Shown here one piece after another: positions 55,098 to 64,000 of a stretch of DNA of 64,000 nt (position 1 is its first letter; every line of letters begins with the position of its first letter). The notes under the pieces were generated by a model. It was not told where the DNA came from and ran no database searches. It saw nothing but the letters and a program-made list of their open reading frames with translations. The DNA is from Patescibacteria group bacterium. GTDB lineage: Bacteria; Patescibacteriota; Minisyncoccia; Minisyncoccales; RBG-13-36-15. Location: the NCBI GenBank assembly GCA_022574775.1, contig JACZRI010000002.1, positions 74,303 to 138,302 on the forward strand, in the 5' to 3' direction. The position numbers were made by a program, and so were the translations under genes.

Positions 55098-56369
55098 ATG
55101 AAGAGTTTTATATTTTTAAAAAAAGAAGAGGTGAAAAAGCTTCCTAAAAGTCCAGGGGTGTATGCGTTTAAGAAAAGCAGAGAATTCTTATATATTGGAA
55201 AGGCATCAAATATAAAAGAAAGGGTAAAAAATCATTTTCAGCAGCCGGTTTATAGAAATAATCTTTTTCTAAACCAGGTATCCAGAATAGGCTTTATAGA
55301 AACTGAATCAGAAATTGAGGCTTTGCTCCTGGAAGCTCATTTAATCAAGAAATATCAGCCAAAATATAATGTTGTATGGCGGGATGACAAAAACTTTTTT
55401 TACATTGGTATTACGAAAGATGCATTGACCCGAGTCTTTATTACCCACCAACCCACAAAAAACCTAAAAGCTACAAGCTACAAGCTACAAGCTAATTATA
55501 TTGGTCCTTTCGTGGAAGGAAAACCACTCAAGCAAACTTTAAGATTTCTCAGGAGAATTTTTCCTTACTACACTGCAAAAAAACACAAAAAAAATCCCTG
55601 CACCTACTGTCATTTAGGGCTTTGCCCGGGACCTAATCCTAACACAAAAGAATACAAAAAAAATATTAAAAATTTAGTCAGTGTTTTGAAAGGAAAAAGA
55701 AAATCGGTTTTAAAAAATCTGAAAAGAGAAATGAAGCTTGCCAGCTCGCTTCAAGATTTTGAAAAGGCAGCTAGAATAAGAGATCAAATAAAAGCTTTGA
55801 AAAAAGTCCTTGCTTATGCTAAAATTTTTGGAGCAGCAAAATTGGTGTCAGAAAAAGATTGGCAGGAAATCCAAAAATATCTTAAAAATTTTCTCAAAAC
55901 GAAGAAACAAATCTCCAAAATCGAAGCCTATGATATTTCAAACATTCAAGGGAAACAAGCTACCGGATCAATGGTCACTTTTATTAATGGAATACCAGAC
56001 AAAAATTTCTATAGGAAATTCAGGATAAAAATGACACCTAAACCAAATGATATTGCAATGATAAAAGAAATTTTGTCGCGGAGATTTGGACATCCCGAAT
56101 GGCCGTTTCCAGATTTGATTTTAATTGACGGAGGAAAAGCCCAGCTAAATGTTGCTCGATCAACAATCAGCAACCAGCAATTAACGATTCCTGCTATAGC
56201 TCTTGCTAAAAAAAGAAATGAACTATATATTGAAAATAAAAAAAACCCTATTTTACTCAAAACTCTTCCTAGACCAGTTTTCAAACTTATTTTGCAGCTT
56301 AGAGACGAAGCCCACCGTTTTGCTCTCACTTACCATCTAAAACTTCGGAAGAAATTTCTTCTTGGGTGA
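55098..56369 (+). CDS. uvrC: excinuclease ABC subunit C (short form)
   Basis: GIY-YIG (PGVYAFK...LYIGKASNIKERVKNHF), UVR motif (FEKAARIRDQIKAL) and an endonuclease V-like C-terminal region. No C-terminal HhH recognised. Confidence 0.85.
   Translation: MKSFIFLKKEEVKKLPKSPGVYAFKKSREFLYIGKASNIKERVKNHFQQPVYRNNLFLNQVSRIGFIETESEIEALLLEAHLIKKYQPKYNVVWRDDKNFFYIGITKDALTRVFITHQPTKNLKATSYKLQANYIGPFVEGKPLKQTLRFLRRIFPYYTAKKHKKNPCTYCHLGLCPGPNPNTKEYKKNIKNLVSVLKGKRKSVLKNLKREMKLASSLQDFEKAARIRDQIKALKKVLAYAKIFGAAKLVSEKDWQEIQKYLKNFLKTKKQISKIEAYDISNIQGKQATGSMVTFINGIPDKNFYRKFRIKMTPKPNDIAMIKEILSRRFGHPEWPFPDLILIDGGKAQLNVARSTISNQQLTIPAIALAKKRNELYIENKKNPILLKTLPRPVFKLILQLRDEAHRFALTYHLKLRKKFLLG
55469..55496. repeat. 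tandem heptanucleotide (AGCTACA)x3 plus variant inside uvrC
   Basis: Counted directly. Encodes KATSYKLQAN. Confidence 0.9.
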
Positions 56370-56423
56370 AAGCAAAGGACACAAAACGGTCTGGTTCTTT
56401 TGACTTCTCTTTCAAATTGAGCT

Positions 56424-56792
56424 ATGCTAAATGGTGTGCGAAGTCTTTTTTTGCAAATAACCTCTGGAGTTTTAGGCTTATGGCTGGCCATTAGATTTGT
56501 TTCTGGCGTAAAACTTGAAGGAGAAATTCAAATTTTATTTTTCGCTGGGTTTATTCTGGGATTGCTGAACTTTTTCTTAAAACCGGTTTTAAAACTTATT
56601 ACCTTACCTCTTTGGCTGTTAACTTTTGGCATTTTTAGCTTCATAATCAATATGGGAATAATCTGGTTAGTGGACATTATTTTTCCAGAACTTATAATTG
56701 AAGGGGTTGTACCTCTTTTTTGGACAACACTCTGGATCTTAGGAATCAGTATTTTAGTATCAATCTTTTCTCCAAAATTCCAGAAAATGTAA
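56424..56792 (+). CDS. four-TM membrane protein, phage-holin-family-IV-like (PF04020-type)
   Basis: Pattern LGLWLAIRFVSGV...LGLLNFFLKPVLKLITLPL...IINMGIIWL. Confidence 0.55.
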   Translation: MLNGVRSLFLQITSGVLGLWLAIRFVSGVKLEGEIQILFFAGFILGLLNFFLKPVLKLITLPLWLLTFGIFSFIINMGIIWLVDIIFPELIIEGVVPLFWTTLWILGISILVSIFSPKFQKM

Positions 56793-56803
56793 AAAGGATG
56801 AAT

Positions 56804-57025
56804 ATGGAAAAAATCTTGTTAATCTCACAAATTATAGTATCAATTCTATTGGTTGTTTTTATTTTATTACAGCAAAGAGGAACAGCTCTAGGATCAGCCT
56901 TTGGTGGAGGTGAAGGAGGAGGATTTTATGGAACGAGACGGGGAATCCAGCAAAAAATCTTTTGGGGATCAATCGTCTTAGGAGCCCTTTTTATCATTTT
57001 AGCTTTATTAAATCTTATAATCTAA
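56804..57025 (+). CDS. secG: preprotein translocase subunit SecG
   Basis: Two TM segments with the LLQQRGTALGSAFGGG motif. Start at MEKILL (alternative ATG at 56798). Confidence 0.8.
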   Translation: MEKILLISQIIVSILLVVFILLQQRGTALGSAFGGGEGGGFYGTRRGIQQKIFWGSIVLGALFIILALLNLII

Positions 57026-57026
57026 A

Positions 57027-57130
57027 AAATATAAAGCTGAAATGATAAAAAGGCAGAAAAGGGTTGGGGAAACTGGGTGTTTCCCCATAGCGGAAATATT
57101 AAAACCGAAGGGTTTTAAGGAGTAAAACGA
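57027..57130. repeat. GC-rich hairpin element, short copy at the secG 3' end
   Basis: GGGGAAAC-TGGGT-GTTTCCCC (57066-57086). Flanked by 41-bp direct repeats at 56986-57026 and 57131-57171 (one mismatch) that duplicate the secG 3' end. Confidence 0.8.
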
Positions 57131-57265
57131 CCTTTTGATCATTTTAGCTTTATTAAATCTTATAATCTAAATATGCGCCTTGTAAACTCGCGCAATCCTG
57201 AGCTTGTCGCCCTTCAATGCGATTCAGGGCGACCCTGAACTTTGTTGAAGGATTGAAGGATTCAA

Positions 57266-59281
57266 ATGGTTTCTCAATTAAGAAAATTTAAATTAGTTCC
57301 TCAAGAATTAGGAAAACTTCCAATATTCTCTCAATGGAAACAAGTTTCTAAGGTTCTCAAAAGAGAAGAAAAAATTGCTCTTTCTATCTTATTTTTTTTG
57401 GTTTTTGCGTCTGGGACTTTTTTTGTTTTAAGCTTTTATTTCCATAATACAGAAATTCAACCTGCTATTGGAGGAGTTTACACCGAGGGAGTCCTCGGTA
57501 AGCCACAATTTATCAATCCAATCTATGCCCAATCTTCTGATGTAGACAGAGATTTGACTGAACTCCTATTTTCCGGATTATTAAAATACAATGAAAAAGG
57601 AGAGATAATTCCTGATTTGGCGCGAGAATATAAAATTGAGGATGAAGGCACAATTTATGAAATTTATTTAAGAGATGATATATTATGGTCAGACGGGAAG
57701 CCTTTTTCTGCAGAAGACGTGATTTTTACCATAAAGATAATCCAGGACCCAGACTACAAAAGCCCCCTTCGGGCTTCCTTATTAGGGGTCACAGTAGAGA
57801 AAATTTCCAATGCGAGAGTTCGTTTCAAATTAAAGAAACCTTATCCTCCATTTTTAGAAACCTTGACTTTAAAGATTTTACCCAAGCACATCTGGCAGGA
57901 TATCCCTCCTCGAAATTTTCCTTTAGCCGTCTTTAACCTTCAACCAGTTGGAACAGGTCTTTTTAAATTCAAGAGCTTAACTCAGGATCAATTAGGTTCC
58001 GTTCAATCTATCGTATTAGTAAAAAACCCGAATTATTTTGGGAAAAAGCCATTTCTTAGGGAAATTACCTTTCGTTTTTTTGACAAAGAGGAAGATTTGA
58101 TTACAGCTCTGGAAAAAAATAGAGTGATGGGAATATCATCAATCTCCCCTCAATCATTAAAAGATGTAAACCAGGAAGAATTTAAAATCTATCGGCTTTC
58201 TTTTCCAAGATATTTTAGTCTCTCGTTCAATCTAAAAAATTCCGATATACTCGCCAAAAAAGAAACGAGGAAAGCTTTGAACTATGGAACCGATAAAGAG
58301 GAAATTATTAAAGAAGTTCTTCTTGGTGAAGGGAAAGCAGTTCACTCCCCATTTCTCCAAGAAACCTCTTCAATCCCGCCCTCTTCAGAAATTTATCCAT
58401 TTAATCTGGCAAAGGCAAAAGAAATTCTAGAAGAAGCCGGATGGGAAGAACAAAGTTCCGGCAAAAGAGCAAAAATAATCAAACAAGAAATTGAAACCTT
58501 GTTTAGAACTGATCTCGAATTGGAGTCGCAAAACACAGAGGTCAGAAATCTTCAGGAATGCTTAGCGAAAGACAGTAAAATCTATCCTGAAGGAGAAATC
58601 ACGGGCTATTTCGGTCTAAAAACGAAAAGTGCGGTAACTAAATTTCAGGAAAAGTATGCTAAAGATATTTTAGACCCATGGGGGTTCACCAAAGGGACCG
58701 GAATAGTAAGCAAAACGACAAGGGCTAAACTTAATGAAGTCTGCGTTGAAACCCCAACTGAAAAGTTGCCGTTAAAACTTTCGTTAATCACGGTTGACCA
58801 GAAAGAGCTTTCCCAGGTAGCGGAATTATTACAGAAACAATGGATTCAATTAGGGGTGGATCTTGAAATTACAAAAATCAATCTTTCAACTCTCCAGCAA
58901 GATTATTTAAGGCAGAGAAATTATGAAATCTTACTCTTTGGCAAAGTAACAGGATTGATAATAGACCCTTATCCTTTTTGGCACTCGTCTCAAACTGAAT
59001 ACCCTGGGTTGAATCTGTCAGGCTATAAAAATAAAGAAGCGGACAGTATCTTAGAGGAAGCTCGCAAAACCCTGAACGCAGAAGAACGAACAGAAAAATA
59101 TGAAAGACTCCAGGAAATTTTAATTGCTGATGCTCCAGCTGTATTCTTATACACTCCAAACTATCTCTATCTTGTATCAAAAAAAATTCAAGGAATAGAA
59201 GAAAAAATCATTGCCGATCCTTCTAAGCGGTTTATTGACATCGGAAAATGGTATATTAAAACCAGAAGGGTCTGGAAGTAA
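57266..59281 (+). CDS. ABC transporter substrate-binding protein (family 5, peptide/nickel type) with inserted peptidoglycan-binding domain
   Basis: SBP_bac_5 pattern (ARQYKIEDEGTIYEIYLRDDILWSDGKPFSAEDV-type region), with a PG_binding_1-like segment (VRNLQECLAKD...GYFGLKTKSAVTKFQEKY) at about 58520-58740. Confidence 0.8.
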   Translation: MVSQLRKFKLVPQELGKLPIFSQWKQVSKVLKREEKIALSILFFLVFASGTFFVLSFYFHNTEIQPAIGGVYTEGVLGKPQFINPIYAQSSDVDRDLTELLFSGLLKYNEKGEIIPDLAREYKIEDEGTIYEIYLRDDILWSDGKPFSAEDVIFTIKIIQDPDYKSPLRASLLGVTVEKISNARVRFKLKKPYPPFLETLTLKILPKHIWQDIPPRNFPLAVFNLQPVGTGLFKFKSLTQDQLGSVQSIVLVKNPNYFGKKPFLREITFRFFDKEEDLITALEKNRVMGISSISPQSLKDVNQEEFKIYRLSFPRYFSLSFNLKNSDILAKKETRKALNYGTDKEEIIKEVLLGEGKAVHSPFLQETSSIPPSSEIYPFNLAKAKEILEEAGWEEQSSGKRAKIIKQEIETLFRTDLELESQNTEVRNLQECLAKDSKIYPEGEITGYFGLKTKSAVTKFQEKYAKDILDPWGFTKGTGIVSKTTRAKLNEVCVETPTEKLPLKLSLITVDQKELSQVAELLQKQWIQLGVDLEITKINLSTLQQDYLRQRNYEILLFGKVTGLIIDPYPFWHSSQTEYPGLNLSGYKNKEADSILEEARKTLNAEERTEKYERLQEILIADAPAVFLYTPNYLYLVSKKIQGIEEKIIADPSKRFIDIGKWYIKTRRVWK

Positions 59282-59318
59282 AAAATAAATCTCACGAAGA
59301 AAGTTTTCATACTGCTAA

Positions 59319-59900
59319 ATGAGAATAAAAAGTAAAAAACCAGAAATCCGCTTTTTACACGATATGGGAAAGGTGATTTACGATAAAAGGTGGCTTAAAA
59401 AAGCAGCAAATTTTGAAGTCTATTATATGCACAGAGGGATTAAAAAAAAGGGTGAGCTGAGATATGATATTACAGTCATTCCTGCTCAAATGCTGGGCCA
59501 AGAGTTTACCAAAACAAAAGGTCACATACATTATCAAAACTTTCAAGAGCTTTATAAGGTTTTAAAAGGAAAAGCAATTTTTTTACTACAAAAAGCTGAA
59601 AATAAAAAAGTGGAAGATATCTTGGCTCTCAAAGCGAAAACCGGAGATGTCGTTATTGTTCCACCTCATTACGGACATATCACAATCAACCCTTCTAAAA
59701 ATACTTTAGCAGTAGCAAACTGGGTTTCTAAAAAGTGTAAAAATATATATACAGCAGTTCAAAAAAATAGAGGGTTTTGTTATCTTTATACAAAAAGAGG
59801 GTGGATCAAAAATAAAAATTACAAAATAATTCCAAAACTCCGCTTTGAAAAACCTTTAAAGAAAATGCCGAAGAGTTTGAATTTTTTAGAAAAACACTGA
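59319..59900 (+). CDS. cupin-type glucose-6-phosphate isomerase (archaeal cPGI-like)
   Basis: RYDITVIPAQMLGQEFTKTKGHIH ... GDVVIVPPHYGHITIN matches the cupin PGI metal-site pattern. Confidence 0.7.
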   Translation: MRIKSKKPEIRFLHDMGKVIYDKRWLKKAANFEVYYMHRGIKKKGELRYDITVIPAQMLGQEFTKTKGHIHYQNFQELYKVLKGKAIFLLQKAENKKVEDILALKAKTGDVVIVPPHYGHITINPSKNTLAVANWVSKKCKNIYTAVQKNRGFCYLYTKRGWIKNKNYKIIPKLRFEKPLKKMPKSLNFLEKH

Positions 59901-60075
59901 AAAATACAGCTAAATTTGGTAGAAATTCGGGAGAATAAGTCATGATTTGCCGAAGTGAAAAAATCTGGTTAGACCCCACATAAATCCCTCCGGGATTATG
60001 CGGGGCAAGCACGTAAACGGGCATGGCGGAATTGAAGACCCGAAGGACTGAAGCATGTAAAACTTACAGACTTTT

Positions 60076-60159
60076 GCCCAGGTGGTGAAACTGGGAAACA
60101 CGTTAGCTTCAGGAGCTAATGCTCGCAAGAGCTTGGGAGTTCGAACCTCCCCCTGGGCA
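60076..60159 (+). tRNA. tRNA-Leu (CAG)
   Basis: Acceptor GCCCAGG/CCTGGGC, anticodon loop TTCAGGA, long variable arm, T-arm GGGAG-TTCGAAC-CTCCC. Confidence 0.9.
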
Positions 60160-60166
60160 CAAAAAT

Positions 60167-61864
60167 ATGCAACAATTTTTAAAGGAACAATTTAGAAAAA
60201 CCAAAAACCTTTACCTAATTCCACTTGGCGGCCTAGGTGAAGTTGGCAGAAATATGATGCTCCTTGAGTACGAAAAGTCTATTTTAATTATTGATATGGG
60301 ATTCAGAATGCCTGAAGAAGATATGCCGGGGGTAGATTACATTATCCCAAACATCTCTTATTTAAGAAAAAACAAAAAAAATATCGTAGGAATAGTCTTT
60401 ACCCACGGCCATTACGATCATATAGGGGCTATTCCATACCTGGCTTCAGAACTTGGTTTTCCAAAAATGTTTGGCGCTACTCTGACCCGTGGAATTATTT
60501 TGAGGCGGCAGGAAGATTTTCCCAGACAGCCAAAGTTATATGTTGAGAAAGTGAAAGATGGAACGCAAATAAAGCTTTTCCCTTTTAAAGTTGAATTTGT
60601 ACGGCTTAACCACAACATCCCGGACAACTTAGGCCTTTTTATTGAAACTCCAGTAGGTAATATTTTCCATACCTCTGATTTTAAGTTTGACAAAAATCCG
60701 ATTAATGACCCTCCAACAAATTTTGAAAAATTAAAACAAATAGGAAAAAGGGGAATTCTACTCTTGCTTTCTGATTCTACCGGAGCTGAAGAAACCGGCC
60801 ACTCTTTTTCTGAAAAAACAATTAATGAAAATCTTGATGATATATTTAAAACATCAAAAGGAAGAATTATTTCTGCCACTTTCGCATCCCTACTTAATAG
60901 AATTCAACAAATAATCGCACTCTCTGAAAAATACGGGAGAAAAATAGCAGTTGAAGGTTATTCAATGAAAGCAAATGTTGAAATCGCTAAAGCCCTAAAT
61001 TATCTTAAGATCAAAAAAGGAACAATAATTCCCACAAAAGAAACTGTAAAGTATCCTGATTCTAAAATAACCATTCTTTGCACGGGTGCCCAGGGAGAAG
61101 GATCAGCTGTTTTAATGAGAATTGCTACTGGCGAACATAAAACTTTGCGCATTAAAAAAGGAGATTCGGTAATCTTTTCTTCCTCAGTTATTCCTGGAAA
61201 CGAAAGAACAGTCCAGATTTTGAAAGATGATCTTTTACGTCAAGGAGCGAACGTTTTTCATTATAAAATGATGGATATTCATGCTGGCGGGCATGCCCAG
61301 CAAGAAGAGTTGAAGCAAATGATTCAGTTAATGCGCCCAAAATTCTTTTTGCCGATCCACGGCCAATATTCAATGTTGGTCCAGCATGCTGAACTTGCCA
61401 AAAATCAGGGTATACCTGAAAAAAACGCAGTAGTGGTTGAAAACGGAAATATAGTTAATATAAATCAAAAGGAAATATTTATTGAGAAAAAAACTGTTCC
61501 ATCAAACTATATAATGGTTGATGGTTTAGGAATTGGAGACGTAGGAGAGGTGGTTTTAAGAGATCGTCAGGCATTGGCCACAGATGGAATGTTTGTTATT
61601 GTGGTTGTGGTAGATAGACAATTGGGAAAGGTAAGGGGCTCTCCGGATATTATCTCAAGAGGATTTGTCTATCTTAGAGAATCAAAGGGTCTTTTGAAAG
61701 AAACTAGGAAAAAAGTGATCGGGATTGTCAACAGTGCAGCAGGTTCAGGAGGAGCTGTCAATTGGGTTTATGTTAAAGAAGAAATAAAAAACAAAATCGG
61801 CCAATTCTTATACGTAAAAACACAAAGACGCCCCATGATTCTCCCGGTTGTTATAGAAGTGTAA
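60167..61864 (+). CDS. rnj: ribonuclease J
   Basis: Metallo-beta-lactamase HGHYDHIG plus beta-CASP and a C-terminal domain. Start after tRNA-Leu at MQQFLKEQ. Confidence 0.92.
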   Translation: MQQFLKEQFRKTKNLYLIPLGGLGEVGRNMMLLEYEKSILIIDMGFRMPEEDMPGVDYIIPNISYLRKNKKNIVGIVFTHGHYDHIGAIPYLASELGFPKMFGATLTRGIILRRQEDFPRQPKLYVEKVKDGTQIKLFPFKVEFVRLNHNIPDNLGLFIETPVGNIFHTSDFKFDKNPINDPPTNFEKLKQIGKRGILLLLSDSTGAEETGHSFSEKTINENLDDIFKTSKGRIISATFASLLNRIQQIIALSEKYGRKIAVEGYSMKANVEIAKALNYLKIKKGTIIPTKETVKYPDSKITILCTGAQGEGSAVLMRIATGEHKTLRIKKGDSVIFSSSVIPGNERTVQILKDDLLRQGANVFHYKMMDIHAGGHAQQEELKQMIQLMRPKFFLPIHGQYSMLVQHAELAKNQGIPEKNAVVVENGNIVNINQKEIFIEKKTVPSNYIMVDGLGIGDVGEVVLRDRQALATDGMFVIVVVVDRQLGKVRGSPDIISRGFVYLRESKGLLKETRKKVIGIVNSAAGSGGAVNWVYVKEEIKNKIGQFLYVKTQRRPMILPVVIEV

Positions 61865-61959
61865 ATTCATCCAAATATATGAGTATTTAAATATTTAAAC
61901 TGAACTGTGGTATTAAATTTTGTTAAAATGCTTGAATGTTAATATGTTAAAATGTTTCA

Positions 61960-62937
61960 ATGAGGGTTTTCAGCGGTATTAGGCCAACAGGTGAACTTCA
62001 TATAGGAAATTATTTAGGATCAATAAAACAGTGGGTTGAGTTCCAAGAAAAAGCAGAATGTATTTTCTGTATTGTTGATTTACACGCGATAACCACTCCA
62101 TATAACCCAAGGGAATTACAAAAAAATATCTTAGAAATGGCTATAGCTTATTTAGTTGCTGGCCTGGATCCTGAAAAATGTATATTTTTCGTTCAATCTA
62201 CAGTAAAAGAACATCTTGAGCTAACATGGTTTTTAAACACTATATGCCCGATTTCAGAACTAAACAGGATGACCCAGTTTAAAGAAAAATCAAAACAATT
62301 TAAAGAGAGCATTAATGCCGGCCTTTTAGATTATCCGGTTCTGATGGCATCCGATATTCTTCTGTATCAAACAGACCTCGTTCCTGTTGGCAAAGACCAA
62401 AAACAACATGTAGAGTTAGCCAGAACACTCGCCAGAAAATTTAATAGAAAATTCGGTAAAACTTTTAAAGAACCTCAAGTTCTCTTGCCAAAAATCGGGG
62501 AGAAAATTATGTCTTTACAAAATCCTAGGAAAAAGATGTCAAAAACCGATGATCCAAAAGGTTGTATTGGTCTTTTTGAAACTCCCGAAGCTATAGAAGA
62601 AAAAATAATGGCAGCTGTAACTGACCCAGGGAAAATTATAAAATATGATTCCATGAAAAAACCGGGTATTTCCAACCTTTTGACTATACACAGCCTATTC
62701 AGTGGAAAACCAATAAAAGGATTGGAAAAAAATTTCCGCAATAAGGGGTATAAAGAATTCAAAAAATCTCTGATAAAACTCCTGATAAATTCTCTTGAAC
62801 CTTTTAGAAAAAAGAGGAAAGAGTTGTTGAGTAGAGAAGTGTATGTGAGAGAAATACTCAAGCAAGGCACAAAAAAAGCTCAAATGGTAGCTGCCTCAAC
62901 TATGGAAAACGTCAGAAAAAAAATAGGCCTCGTCTAA
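61960..62937 (+). CDS. trpS: tryptophan--tRNA ligase
   Basis: Class I motifs TGELHIGNY (HIGH) and KMSKT. Confidence 0.95.
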   Translation: MRVFSGIRPTGELHIGNYLGSIKQWVEFQEKAECIFCIVDLHAITTPYNPRELQKNILEMAIAYLVAGLDPEKCIFFVQSTVKEHLELTWFLNTICPISELNRMTQFKEKSKQFKESINAGLLDYPVLMASDILLYQTDLVPVGKDQKQHVELARTLARKFNRKFGKTFKEPQVLLPKIGEKIMSLQNPRKKMSKTDDPKGCIGLFETPEAIEEKIMAAVTDPGKIIKYDSMKKPGISNLLTIHSLFSGKPIKGLEKNFRNKGYKEFKKSLIKLLINSLEPFRKKRKELLSREVYVREILKQGTKKAQMVAASTMENVRKKIGLV

Positions 62938-62973
62938 CAAGGCCACCTCTCACAAAAACAATAACTCTTGCAG

Positions 62974-64000
62974 TTATTTCGTAAGACCTAATTCTTGATA
63001 GGTCTTTTTTGTTATGGGAATTCCAATTTTTTTGAAAATATCTAGGGCTTTTTTCTCTATCTCAATCAAGTGTTTCTCGGTATCGCCTTCGAAACGACAT
63101 TTTATCAGTGGAGTAGTATTCGCCGCTCGAGCCAACGCCCAACCATTTGGGAAATTAATCCTGGCACCATCAATGTCAACAAAATCATAATTATTCTCTT
63201 TAAGATATCTTTGTAAATTCTCAATAATCTTAAATTTTTCCTCGTCTGACGAATCAATAAACACTTCCTTGCTAGTATGATAACGAGGCAAACTATCAAC
63301 ATATATAGCAAGGTTCTCATGCCGAGAAGCAACTTCAACTAATTTTAATGAGGAAAAAATCGCATCATCGTAAAGATAATAATCAAGAGGAAATAAAAAA
63401 TGGAGTGTAACTTCGCCTCCAAAAACCGCATTGGTCTCAATAATTTTGTCTATAACTGCATTATGATGAGAAATGGAAAAATAAGTTTTTATGCCTTGTT
63501 TTTTCATTTCATCCAAAAAAGCCTTAGAAACTCTCATATCGTGAACAACCGAACCCTTCTTCTTTTGCAGGGCCTGAAGGGTCAACATCAAAAGACAAAA
63601 ATCTCCTGAGACCAACCGGCCACGGTTATCAATAAGAGCAACTCGATCGCCATCGCTATCGTAAGCAAATCCTAAATCAGCTTTTTCCTTCAAGACTTCC
63701 TTTTTAATATCCTTGATGTTTTCTTCTTGATAAGGATCAGGTAAATGATGAGGAAACGTTCCGTCAAATTCACCATAAATTGTTTTTACTCGGCATCCAA
63801 GTTTTTTAAAAACTCTCTCGGGCAAAAACCCAGCAGCTCCATTTCCAGAATCAATAACAATTTTGAGAGGTCTCTGTAAAGTAATCTTATCTGTTACATA
63901 ATTAATATAGTCTTCTATTGGATTAAATGGCATAATCTTACCTTGTTTCTCTTGGTTCTCTAATGTTTTATTTGCTAAAACTCGCTTTTTTATTTTTTCT
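62974..64000 (-). CDS. phosphomannomutase/phosphoglucomutase family protein, 5' end outside window
   Basis: Domains II-IV pattern (DSGNGAAG, FDGTFPHHLPDP, GFAYDSDGDR, GGEVTLH). The reading frame stays open upstream of the track Met to the right edge. Confidence 0.85.
   Translation of the reverse strand, partial: EKIKKRVLANKTLENQEKQGKIMPFNPIEDYINYVTDKITLQRPLKIVIDSGNGAAGFLPERVFKKLGCRVKTIYGEFDGTFPHHLPDPYQEENIKDIKKEVLKEKADLGFAYDSDGDRVALIDNRGRLVSGDFCLLMLTLQALQKKKGSVVHDMRVSKAFLDEMKKQGIKTYFSISHHNAVIDKIIETNAVFGGEVTLHFLFPLDYYLYDDAIFSSLKLVEVASRHENLAIYVDSLPRYHTSKEVFIDSSDEEKFKIIENLQRYLKENNYDFVDIDGARINFPNGWALARAANTTPLIKCRFEGDTEKHLIEIEKKALDIFKKIGIPITKKTYQELGLTK

Noticed and set aside
59940-60075. Possible SRP RNA or other ncRNA upstream of tRNA-Leu (GACCCGAAGGACTGAAGCATG vaguely resembles the SRP helix-8 GUCCGGAAGGAAGCAGC; there is a nearby CCCCACATAAATCCC/GGGATTATGCGGGG hairpin).
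   Set aside because: The tetraloop and symmetric-loop pairings of SRP RNA cannot be formed. The CTGAAGCATG part matches the heptamer repeat family instead. An Infernal scan is needed to exclude a ncRNA definitively.

Overview
AT-rich, gene-dense bacterial window. Gene content and style suggest a Candidate Phyla Radiation (Patescibacteria-like) genome; this is inference only (lysine-rich sigma-70 N-terminus, type IV pilus locus, cupin-type PGI, many small hypotheticals). Housekeeping genes recognised: zwf, nth, rpoD-dnaG, groES-groEL, uvrA, uvrC, secG, rnj, trpS, htpX-lemA, and three tRNAs (Asn-GTT, Ser-GGA, Leu-CAG). Other blocks: a thiol-redox / disulfide-handling island (about 1.8-9.5 kb), a three-gene GT4 glycosyltransferase block, and a type IV pilus locus (35-44.6 kb). 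No rRNA, CRISPR array or classical IS/transposase was seen. Main observations: (1) three otherwise dissimilar minor pilins end in the same tail, QLHYRWRNDDGxE-stop, nearly identical at nucleotide level. That tail looks complementary to a domain in a neighbouring 384-aa ORF. (2) A small GIY-YIG element lies between pilB and pilC, and a miniature deletion derivative sits against another start codon. (3) Unrelated methyltransferase genes form a cassette-like array separated by a conserved repeat-plus-terminator module, which also follows tRNA-Asn. (4) Several GC-rich hairpin or heptamer repeat families occur in intergenic regions and in frame inside uvrA, dnaG, uvrC and the pilin leader peptide. 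Some copies are flanked by 30-41 bp duplications of gene termini. All functional calls rest on motif recognition by eye; no searches were run.
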